From the NCBI GenBank assembly GCA_963662655.2, contig CAXXTU010000001.1, positions 9,751 to 73,750 of the forward strand: 64,000 nt of DNA. The letters run 5' to 3'. The position numbers and the translations under genes were made by a program. Below are positions 43,312 to 51,610 of this stretch, piece after piece. The stretch is from Candidatus Cloacimonadales bacterium. GTDB taxonomy: Bacteria > Cloacimonadota > Cloacimonadia > Cloacimonadales > JAIOQZ01. A model generated the notes under the pieces. It did not search any database, was not told where the DNA came from, and saw only the letters and a program-made list of their open reading frames with translations. Each line of letters starts with the position of its first letter. The stretch's first letter is position 1.

Positions 43312-45688
43312 TCGCAAACTCGCGGTAATGCTGACGCTCGCCCACCGCGGCGACGACGTGCGGCTGTACCATAAACTGGGGCGATCCCTGGCAAAAAAGT
43401 ACGACGTCTCGCTGATCACTCCGGTGAAAGTCAAACTCGACACCGGCTCGGATCCCATCCCGAATTTCGAAGTGGTCAACATCGCTTGCAAGGGAAGATT
43501 CGATACGCTTTTGAAACTCTATCATACGGCTTGCCGAATGAAACCCGATGTCATCATCTGCATCGAACCGCAAACCATTCTTCCGGCGATATTGGTCAGG
43601 CGCGCAAGACAATCGGCTCTCATCTACGATTGCCACGAATTTTACGGCGAGAGCTTCAGCGAGCGTTTCCCCGCCCCCCTCAGAAAACCGGCCCGGTGGT
43701 TCTACCGTGCTCTGGAGAACTTTTTGGCTCACAGAGTAGACGGCATCATCGCCGTGAACGAAGTGATTGCCAGGAGATTCGAGCAGTTCACGGATCACAT
43801 GGCGCTGTGCCCCAATTTCCTGAACAAACACATCGATTCGGCTGAACAAGAGCCGGTGGAGAAAGAATACGACCTGATTTACGCGGGTGGAATGCTGATC
43901 GAGAAGGGAATACTCGTCATTCTGCAAGCAATGAACGGACTGCGGGAGCGCTTTCCGGAGCTTCGCGTGCTTTTCCTCGGGAAATTTTACAATCAAGCCA
44001 CGGAAGAGCAGTTTTTCAGCGCTGTCAAGCAACTCGGGATCGAGAAGCACGTTGTCTACGGCGGTCAGGTCTCGCATCTCGAGGCGGCGGCAGCCATGCA
44101 GAAGACGCGCCTGGGCGTTGTCATGATGAATCCGGCATACAACCGCTATTGGGATTCGCTTCCCCTCAAGTTCATGGAATTCCTCAACGCCGGGCTGCCA
44201 GTCATCGCCCAGAACATGCCGATATTGCAGCACGTGGTCGAAGAACATCAAGTGGGAGCTTGTGTCGATTTTACGGCGGAATCGCTTGCGAGCGCAGTGG
44301 AGAAACTCCTTTCCAAAAGTGATGCCGACGGGCAGGCTATGTGCAGGAGAGCTCGTGAAGCGGCGCGGAAACTGTTCATGTGGGAAAATATCGAGGCCGA
44401 CCTTCTGAAGATGGTTGCGAACACGCTTCGCAAGCGCCTTCTGATGTTCGCCTATTTCTACCCGCCATTGGGTGCTTCCGGCGTTCAACGCCCCTGCAAG
44501 ATGGTGTGGTACTTGCGGCAGCAAGGAATCCTCTCGGACGTTATCTCGGTTAAGGATATCGTGTTTCACTCGTACGACCACGAGATGGTGCGCCAGTGCG
44601 GGCACAGAAGCCTCACCCGCACCAAGTCGCTTGATCCGATGTCCATCCTGAAGAAGATGCTACCTTCCCGCAAGGGCAGCGAAGTCTATTTCCAGACCGC
44701 CGAGTGGAAAAAGCGTCTTGTACGTGGTATATGGCCTATCGACGACAAGATAGGCTGGCTCCCGTTCGCGCTTTCGGCTGCATTGTGTCGGAAAAACCGA
44801 CCGGCTGCCGTCATGGCAACCACCGGTCCCTACACGGGTGGGCTTGCCGCATACATCTACAGTAAGTTGACCGGAATCCCGCTTGCGATCGACTATCGCG
44901 ACTCCTATACCGATCACCCCTATCTCGGTTTCCTCACTCCCGTTCATCGCTTGTTCGCACAGTTCGTGGAGAGATGCGTCCTCGAAAGGGCGTTCCTCGT
45001 TTCGACCGCGGCCGACGACATGAAAGAGAAGCTCATCGCAAGGTATGGCAACCATTTACGGCAGAAGACGCACGTGATGTACAATGGATGGGATAAACGT
45101 GATTTCCACGAGTCTGTTGAGCCAAATCCCGATCGAAAGATCGTCCGCTTCTGCTATCTCGGGAATTTCTACGGGCTGCAGAGCGTGGAATTTTTCATCC
45201 GGGCCCTTCGCGAATTGCAGCAGGAAGAACGTTTACCGGATGATGTGGAATTCTCCTTTACAGGTAACTACTTCTTTGAAACGCTGAACTTCCTGAACGA
45301 TGCGAATCTCGCATCGAAGATTCATGTTCACCGTCAGGTGGAGCACACGCAGGCCGTTACCCGGATGATGCAGGCGGACGCGCTGCTTCTGTTCGTTGCG
45401 ACCCCCAGGGGTAAGGGAATCCTCACCGGCAAGGTGTTCGAGTACCTCCGCAGCGGCAGGGAAATCCTGGCGATGGTTCCACCCGATGGAGAAGTTGCCG
45501 GCATCCTGCGGGACTGCAACTATCAGGATATCTGTCCGATGGAGGATGTGGGAGCTATCAAGGAGAAATTCCTGGCTGTTTATCACCGGATAAAGGCCGG
45601 GGAAACACCGGCGCATCCGAACATCGAAAAGTACTCCAGAGAGAGCCAGCTCGATGGCTGGATCAAGGTATTAAAGGAGCGATTCTAG
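43292..45688 (+). CDS. fusion of two GT-B (GT4-like) glycosyltransferase modules
   Basis: Module 1 (aa ~1-380): LAVMLTLAHRGDDVRLYHK...PLKFMEFLNAGLPVIAQNMPILQHVV. Module 2 (aa ~390-800): LLMFAYFYPPLGASGVQR...LTGKVFEYLRSGREILAMVP. Start ATG 43292; the track uses GTG 43277. Confidence 0.7.
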   Translation: MTQQKSNRKLAVMLTLAHRGDDVRLYHKLGRSLAKKYDVSLITPVKVKLDTGSDPIPNFEVVNIACKGRFDTLLKLYHTACRMKPDVIICIEPQTILPAILVRRARQSALIYDCHEFYGESFSERFPAPLRKPARWFYRALENFLAHRVDGIIAVNEVIARRFEQFTDHMALCPNFLNKHIDSAEQEPVEKEYDLIYAGGMLIEKGILVILQAMNGLRERFPELRVLFLGKFYNQATEEQFFSAVKQLGIEKHVVYGGQVSHLEAAAAMQKTRLGVVMMNPAYNRYWDSLPLKFMEFLNAGLPVIAQNMPILQHVVEEHQVGACVDFTAESLASAVEKLLSKSDADGQAMCRRAREAARKLFMWENIEADLLKMVANTLRKRLLMFAYFYPPLGASGVQRPCKMVWYLRQQGILSDVISVKDIVFHSYDHEMVRQCGHRSLTRTKSLDPMSILKKMLPSRKGSEVYFQTAEWKKRLVRGIWPIDDKIGWLPFALSAALCRKNRPAAVMATTGPYTGGLAAYIYSKLTGIPLAIDYRDSYTDHPYLGFLTPVHRLFAQFVERCVLERAFLVSTAADDMKEKLIARYGNHLRQKTHVMYNGWDKRDFHESVEPNPDRKIVRFCYLGNFYGLQSVEFFIRALRELQQEERLPDDVEFSFTGNYFFETLNFLNDANLASKIHVHRQVEHTQAVTRMMQADALLLFVATPRGKGILTGKVFEYLRSGREILAMVPPDGEVAGILRDCNYQDICPMEDVGAIKEKFLAVYHRIKAGETPAHPNIEKYSRESQLDGWIKVLKERF

Positions 45689-45690
45689 AA

Positions 45691-46797
45691 ATGAAAAAGA
45701 AGAAGATTGCCGAAGTTGTTCAACTGCAAATCCTCTACGGCTCGCAACGTGTCGCGCTGGATATCTGCGAACAACTTGACCGCGAGAAGTACGATATTTG
45801 CGTGCTGTGCGCTCCTTCGAACGACGACGGGAACGCCTTCGTTCGTGAAGTGAAACGCCTGCGCTTGCAATTGCACGTCGTGCCGCATTATCAGCGTTCC
45901 ATTGGCCTGCCGGACCTTTTCGCTTTCTTCGAATTCCTGGCATTCTTCAAAAAGAACAAATTCGACATCGTGCACACCCACGGCTCCAAAGCGGGATTTC
46001 TCGCGAGAATCGCAGCCAGAGTCGCGGGAGTCCCACTCGTGATACACACCGTCCACGGCGTTCCGTATCACAATTGTCTTTCCAGGTACGCGCAATGGTT
46101 CTTCAAATCGCTGGAGCGCTTCGCCGGGATGTTCGCGCATCGCATCGTTTTCGTGAGCGACAACCAGCGCAGGCAGGCGATCAGGGAAAGGATCGTTCCT
46201 GCCGATAAAGCCGTCACCATATACAACGGCGTGACCGAGATCGAGCGAGATCCACGAAAATATTCCGGTGATAAGCTCTTGATCGGCGCGGTGGGAAGAT
46301 TCTGGACGCAAAAGAATTTCATCGTTACCATCAAAGCGGCCATCGAGGCCTGCAAGAAGAACCCGGCTCTGCAATTCGCCTTCCTTGGCGATGGCGAATA
46401 CTACGAACAATGCCTCGGCATGATCAAGGAAAATAAGCTTGAGGATCGCATTATCCTCCCGGGCTGGCAGGACAACGTTTCGGCCTGGCTGGATCGCTTC
46501 GACGTCTTTCTGCTCTATTCGCTCTGGGAAGGGCTGCCCGTCGCCATCATCGAAGCCATGAACATGGGTCTCCCCATCATCGCATCGGACATCGACGGCA
46601 ACAACGAGCTTGTGGACGACCGGAACGGTTTCCTGGTAGATGTGAAGAAGCCGGATGAGTTGGTTGAGCTTCTGGTTTCCCTGACAGACAAGAAAGATCG
46701 ACTGGAAGACATGAGCAAACAATCCATTCAAAAGATCCGGGAGCGTTTCCAGCTGAGCCGGATGCTAGAGGAATACATCAGGAATTATGAAAACTGA
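45691..46797 (+). CDS. GT4-family glycosyltransferase
   Basis: IVHTHGSKAGFLARIAA...LLYSLWEGLPVAIIEAMNMGLPIIASDIDGNNELVDDRNGFLV (E-x7-E region). RBS AAGGAG. Confidence 0.85.
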   Translation: MKKKKIAEVVQLQILYGSQRVALDICEQLDREKYDICVLCAPSNDDGNAFVREVKRLRLQLHVVPHYQRSIGLPDLFAFFEFLAFFKKNKFDIVHTHGSKAGFLARIAARVAGVPLVIHTVHGVPYHNCLSRYAQWFFKSLERFAGMFAHRIVFVSDNQRRQAIRERIVPADKAVTIYNGVTEIERDPRKYSGDKLLIGAVGRFWTQKNFIVTIKAAIEACKKNPALQFAFLGDGEYYEQCLGMIKENKLEDRIILPGWQDNVSAWLDRFDVFLLYSLWEGLPVAIIEAMNMGLPIIASDIDGNNELVDDRNGFLVDVKKPDELVELLVSLTDKKDRLEDMSKQSIQKIRERFQLSRMLEEYIRNYEN

Positions 46798-47881
46798 TCT
46801 GCTGCTGGGCATTTCTCTGTTCCTGGGTGGGCTGCTGGCGACCTATATTCTCACTCCGCTATTCATCCGCGTTGCCGGAGCGCTGCGTCTCATCGATCAG
46901 CCGCACGAGCGCGGAATACACATTAAAGGAACTCCGACCGGCGGTGGCCTGTGCTTCGGAATCCCGACGCTCGCGCTGCAGTACGTCGTGTACCATTTCA
47001 CGAAGAACCAGGACATCCTTGCGCTGATGGCGTGCGGAGCCGGCATCCTCGTGATCGGTTACATCGACGATCGCTGGAGGCTGCGCGCGTATCGCAAACT
47101 CTTCCTTCAGATCATCGTCGTTACGGCCGCTTTCTTCCTTGGTTTCCGCACTGAAAGCCTCACCAATCCATTCGGCGCGCCGCTCGAAATGGGCCTCCTC
47201 ACGTATCCGTTAACGTTGTTCTGGTTTTTATTGGTCATGAACGCGATCAACCTCATTGATGGCATCGACGGCGCTGCGGCAGGCATCGCGACGATCGTGT
47301 CCCTCACGCTCGTCACCGTAGGCATCCACTACGACAACTATATCGTTGTCCACCTTCTGCTGATCATCATCGGTACGTGCCTGGCGTTTCTCCGGTACAA
47401 TTTCAATCCTGCAAAGCTTTTCATGGGCGACACCGGAAGCCTCTTTCTGGGATTCAATCTGGCGGCGATTTCCATGATGGGTGTCGGCCCAGCAAAAGGT
47501 GTCACGGCCATGACGATGTTGATTCCCATTATCGTGCTATTTATCCCGTTGTTTGACACCCTGCTCGCAGTCGCACGGAGAATCAGCCGCACGACAAACA
47601 TCTTCTCCGCCGATCGCGATCACCTGCATCACAAGCTGCTCGCTTTCGGTTTCTCGCAGAGGACCGTTGCGGCGATTATTTACTTCATTACCATTCTGTT
47701 CGGGCTGATTGCCATCGGTTTCTCCCTGGCCACCGACCGCGTAATGAACGTCCTGCTGCTGGTCTTGAGTTTCTTCCTGATGTTCATTTTCTACTACCTG
47801 ATTCGAACGGTTAAAAAAGTTACCATAAAATACCGGGATTCACACCCGAACGAATCGCAAAACGAAAAACAAGAGAAATAA
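46787..47881 (+). CDS. polyprenyl-phosphate N-acetylhexosamine-1-phosphate transferase (MraY/WecA family)
   Basis: ~10 TM segments. NAINLIDGIDGAAAG and FMGDTGSLFLG motifs. 11-nt overlap with the upstream GT4 gene. Confidence 0.85.
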   Translation: MKTDLLLGISLFLGGLLATYILTPLFIRVAGALRLIDQPHERGIHIKGTPTGGGLCFGIPTLALQYVVYHFTKNQDILALMACGAGILVIGYIDDRWRLRAYRKLFLQIIVVTAAFFLGFRTESLTNPFGAPLEMGLLTYPLTLFWFLLVMNAINLIDGIDGAAAGIATIVSLTLVTVGIHYDNYIVVHLLLIIIGTCLAFLRYNFNPAKLFMGDTGSLFLGFNLAAISMMGVGPAKGVTAMTMLIPIIVLFIPLFDTLLAVARRISRTTNIFSADRDHLHHKLLAFGFSQRTVAAIIYFITILFGLIAIGFSLATDRVMNVLLLVLSFFLMFIFYYLIRTVKKVTIKYRDSHPNESQNEKQEK

Positions 47882-47931
47882 AAAATGTATCGTAACGTTA
47901 TACTTGCAGAAACAAATATGCGGAGCCAAGA

Positions 47932-50367
47932 ATGAAGAAATTCCTCATCCTGTTACTGGCGCTTTCGAGCGTGATGCTGTATGGAATTAGAAACTGGAAA
48001 ACCCATACAAACACGACCCACCTGTTCGACCTCTACGAACACGACGGAATCATCTATATGGCCACTTGGGGAGGATTTGTCCTCTTCGACATGGAAACCA
48101 ATCAGTTTGTTAAGACCTTCACAAACGTGGACGGACTCACGAGCCAGGATTTCCGCGCCCTCGCAGGCTTTGAAGAGACCGGCGAGATCATGGCCGGAAC
48201 GAACGCCGGCGGTCTGGAGCGCTACATCGACGGCAAGTTCGATATCCCGCTTTCGTCCACCACCGGACTAACCTCCGAGAAGGTTCAGGACGTGGAGACA
48301 TTCGGCGATCAGATATTCATCGCGACCAACGCGGGTATGAGCGTGTTCAGCAACAGCCAGGATTTCCCCATGCCCCTCTTTATAAACGATTTCACCAATC
48401 TCAACGGCCTCTCTTCCGTCGACGTGCAGGAGATCGAAATCACGCAGGACGGATACATCGTCTGCGGTAATGCAATCGGCATCGACTACTGTCATATCGA
48501 TTCGATGATGGTCGTTTCCTCCTGGCACAACGCATCGTTCTCTGAGCTGGGCATTCCGGAGGTCTCGATGTCCGACCTCTCCATCAACGGCAACACGCTC
48601 GCGATCTCGACCAGCGACGGACTCGCCGTTCTCAGGGATTTCCCGGCTTCGCTCGACATGGAACACTACTCGACGGACAACGGTCTGGAGAGCAATCTCG
48701 TTTATCCGGTGTATGTCGATCGCGACAACAACATCTGGTTCAGTTACGGCACGTGGGACAGCACCAACCTGCTTCTCGAAAACAGCCTTTCCACCGCTGT
48801 TACCATGCTCGATCCCGACGAAGGATTCACGACATGGAACAATTCTGTGGTTTCCGACAAGATCATGGGATTCACGACGGTCGCGAATGAGATTGCTGCC
48901 TGTAGCTGGGGCGATGGCTTTTACCTGCTGGAGGATAACGAGTGGATCCAACATCAACCGCAGTCCATCATCGCCAACACCGTCACCCAGATGGCTGTCG
49001 ATCACGACGGCCTCGTGTGGATCGTGAACGGCTACCGCGGCGGCGCGACAACCAGTCGCGGAACCCGGGGCGTTTCCGGATACGACGTCAAGAACGACGT
49101 TTGGTATAATTACAATGTGGACAACAGCCCACTCCTCAGCAACAACATGTTCTGTGTCGGTGTGGACAAGAACAACCGAAAATGCTTCGGCACTTGGTAC
49201 AGCAGCGTGCCGGGATGGGACGAAGGCATCTCCATCTACGACGAGATCGAAGGTGACCCAACCTGGTCGACGCTTACAAGCGGTCTGCTGAATCGGACCA
49301 TCAGCTTCATCATACCCGACCCGGGGTACTCCGATTCCTACGACGCGAACCTGTGGATCGGCTCCTACGGCACGAACGGTGGCATCAACGTTCTGGACAA
49401 TGAAGGGAACATCACCAACTTCTACGTCCCCTGGTTCGATCTGAAGGATCCCATTACCGCATTCATAGGTAAGGACAAGAAGATGTTCGGCAGCTACCAT
49501 GACGGACTGAGAATCTACGAAGGCGACGGCATCCCGTCAGGAGAAGACACCAGCGGCTGGAGTCGGCCTGAATTCAGCGAGCTTGAAAACAGTGGGCGCA
49601 TCTACGCGATCACCTATCGCGAGAACGACTGGGAAAGCGAGTATTGGGTCGCGTCCTCCAATGGATTGTTTGTTATGGACGAATTTGACAACTGGTTCAA
49701 GCTGGGGACGAGCATCAAGCGAGAAAAATGGGATAAACTCGAAAACGAGTGGGTGGTATACCAGAGGTATTTCACCAACGAGCAACGGCTTTTCGGCGCG
49801 GTGACAACCATTCCTACCGCTCTTTTCACCGATCCGTTCGACAGGGTATGGATCGGAACGGAGCAGAACGGCATCACGGTTTACGATGGAGAGACGGACA
49901 CCTACACAACGTACAACACCTCCAACGCACCCCTGCTATCCAACTACATTACGGATTTCGCCTACGAACCGATCTCGGGCAGACTTTACATCGGGACGCC
50001 CGAGGGACTGAACTCGGTGGAAATCGGTATCTCGGAAAATCCCGAGACCGTTGTATACGACAAGAGCATCAAGGCTTTCCCAAATCCCTATTATCCCGAC
50101 CAGACGTCGGTTTCGCTCATGATCGTTAACGGTATCACCGGCTCAGGAAGTTCCGCGGACTACGGTCTCTTCCCCGATAAAACCAAGTGCAACATCTATG
50201 ACCTTACCGGACGCCAGATTCTCACACTCCACCTCACCCCGTTCAAGGATTTCCGGTGGGATGGAACCAACGAGGCCGGCAGAGAATGCAGCTCCGGCAA
50301 CTATTTCTACGTCATCTACAACGATGAAGGTCAGATCAGCAAGGGAACGATTGCGCTGATCCGGTAA
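47932..50367 (+). CDS. secreted beta-propeller protein of the two-component-regulator-propeller (Reg_prop) type with T9SS C-terminal sorting domain
   Basis: Signal peptide MKKFLILLLALSSVMLYG. Many G-L-x-S-x-x-V repeats (DGLTSQDFRAL, TGLTSEKVQDV, NGLSSVDVQEI, NGLESNLVYPV, LLSNYITDF). Tail KAFPNPYYPDQ...IYDLTGRQI...GNYFYVIY. Confidence 0.75.
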   Translation: MKKFLILLLALSSVMLYGIRNWKTHTNTTHLFDLYEHDGIIYMATWGGFVLFDMETNQFVKTFTNVDGLTSQDFRALAGFEETGEIMAGTNAGGLERYIDGKFDIPLSSTTGLTSEKVQDVETFGDQIFIATNAGMSVFSNSQDFPMPLFINDFTNLNGLSSVDVQEIEITQDGYIVCGNAIGIDYCHIDSMMVVSSWHNASFSELGIPEVSMSDLSINGNTLAISTSDGLAVLRDFPASLDMEHYSTDNGLESNLVYPVYVDRDNNIWFSYGTWDSTNLLLENSLSTAVTMLDPDEGFTTWNNSVVSDKIMGFTTVANEIAACSWGDGFYLLEDNEWIQHQPQSIIANTVTQMAVDHDGLVWIVNGYRGGATTSRGTRGVSGYDVKNDVWYNYNVDNSPLLSNNMFCVGVDKNNRKCFGTWYSSVPGWDEGISIYDEIEGDPTWSTLTSGLLNRTISFIIPDPGYSDSYDANLWIGSYGTNGGINVLDNEGNITNFYVPWFDLKDPITAFIGKDKKMFGSYHDGLRIYEGDGIPSGEDTSGWSRPEFSELENSGRIYAITYRENDWESEYWVASSNGLFVMDEFDNWFKLGTSIKREKWDKLENEWVVYQRYFTNEQRLFGAVTTIPTALFTDPFDRVWIGTEQNGITVYDGETDTYTTYNTSNAPLLSNYITDFAYEPISGRLYIGTPEGLNSVEIGISENPETVVYDKSIKAFPNPYYPDQTSVSLMIVNGITGSGSSADYGLFPDKTKCNIYDLTGRQILTLHLTPFKDFRWDGTNEAGRECSSGNYFYVIYNDEGQISKGTIALIR

Positions 50368-50382
50368 AGAGTCTCGCTATAT

Positions 50383-51378
50383 ATGAAGAAATCGGATATC
50401 GTTTTTCTGGACCTCGGGAAGCTTGCAAACAAGTTGCAGAAGGATTCCTTCGGCTTCATCCTTATCGACAGGGTTGTAGCGGAGCAATATCCCGAACTGG
50501 TTCAGCAGAATAAGCACATGCTACTCGAAGCAAGCGAGTCCGAGAAGAATCTCGAGCAACTCGAGACCATCTACCGCCGCTTTCACGAAGAGCAGATCAC
50601 CCGCGATCATACAGTCTACGCGATCGGAGGCGGTTGCGTCACGGACATCGCAGGATTTGCAGCAGCCACATGGAAGCGTGGATGCCGACTGGTGATCGTT
50701 CCAACAACGCTTCTGGCGATGGTCGACGCAGCCGTTGGCGGAAAGAACGGCATCAACTTCCTCGATATGAAGAACGCCGTCGGCACCTTTTACAATCCCG
50801 CCGAAACCATCCTTACGCTGGAATTCCTCGATTCGCTCCCGGAAGTACAGATTCTGTGCGGCTTTGCGGAAATCGTAAAAATCGCCCTCCTTGGAGACAA
50901 CCCGTTGTACGCCATGCTGGAAGAGGACGAATCGCCCCTGAGGCAAGAGGTTATCGAACAGGCGATCAAGGAGAAGATGCGCTATTGCGCCATCGATCCG
51001 CACGATCGCGGTGAACGGGCAAAGCTCAATCTCGGGCACACATTCGGGCATCTCATCGAGTCGGTGTCGGACTTCGTTATCCCGCACGGTATCGCCGTTG
51101 CGCTGGGCATTCGCTTTGCTGCAAGCTTCAGCAGTGAAAACGGGTGGCTATCGCAAGAAGACGAGCTCAAAATCAACGCCTTCCTCGATCGCTTCGGATT
51201 GCCCGATGACATTTCACCTGCCCTGAAGCAGCGCATCACCAAGAATGGCGCAAAAATTCTCCACGCGGATAAAAAACGTGCGACAACCCACCTGAAGCTT
51301 GTTTGTTTCAACGGTTTCAGATCGGTTTTCCTGCACGAATGCAACGACGTGAACCGGATACTGGAGTTGTTTGAATAA
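50383..51378 (+). CDS. aroB: 3-dehydroquinate synthase family protein
   Basis: GGGCVTDIAGFAAATWKRGCRLVIVPTTLLAMVDAAVGGKNGINF and NLGHTFGHLIE...PHGIAVALG. At 331 aa it is somewhat short, so a sugar-phosphate-cyclase paralogue cannot be excluded. Confidence 0.75.
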   Translation: MKKSDIVFLDLGKLANKLQKDSFGFILIDRVVAEQYPELVQQNKHMLLEASESEKNLEQLETIYRRFHEEQITRDHTVYAIGGGCVTDIAGFAAATWKRGCRLVIVPTTLLAMVDAAVGGKNGINFLDMKNAVGTFYNPAETILTLEFLDSLPEVQILCGFAEIVKIALLGDNPLYAMLEEDESPLRQEVIEQAIKEKMRYCAIDPHDRGERAKLNLGHTFGHLIESVSDFVIPHGIAVALGIRFAASFSSENGWLSQEDELKINAFLDRFGLPDDISPALKQRITKNGAKILHADKKRATTHLKLVCFNGFRSVFLHECNDVNRILELFE

Positions 51379-51453
51379 TTCCCGCGACTAATGGTTCGAG
51401 TTCGTGAGTAGATTCGTTTGATCCGGCGCGCAGGCGTGGTGTTACACGTTTAG

Positions 51454-51526
51454 TTTCGGCTTTCACGAAGTGAAAACGAAATCTTCGAACGAAAATCTTT
51501 CGCGAACAGAAAAAACGAAAGTGGAT
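51454..51526. repeat. copy B of the dispersed hairpin element (inverted relative to copy A at 25598-25670)
   Basis: TTTCGGCTTTCACGAAGTGAAAACGAAATCTTCGAACGAAAATCTTTCGCGAACAGAAAAAACGAAAGTGGAT. It lies in the convergent gap between aroB and mutS. Confidence 0.75.
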
Positions 51527-51610
51527 TATTGGACGTGTTATATCCACGACGGAGCGCGCGATCGGGCGAAGATGCCACGAACGTCCCGAGCTGATCAACA
51601 AACCATCTCG

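Noticed and set aside
43244-44605. 453-aa minus-strand ORF. Comparable long antisense ORFs exist at 26137..27141, 33150..34019, 34147..34962, 37842..38777, 39167..40501, 41431..41985, 42514..43491, 45685..46731 and 48268..49500.
   Set aside because: Each lies inside a plus- or minus-strand gene with strong domain signatures (GT4, sigma54 AAA+, HK, HDOD and others). None has an RBS or recognisable motifs, and the composition is skewed.
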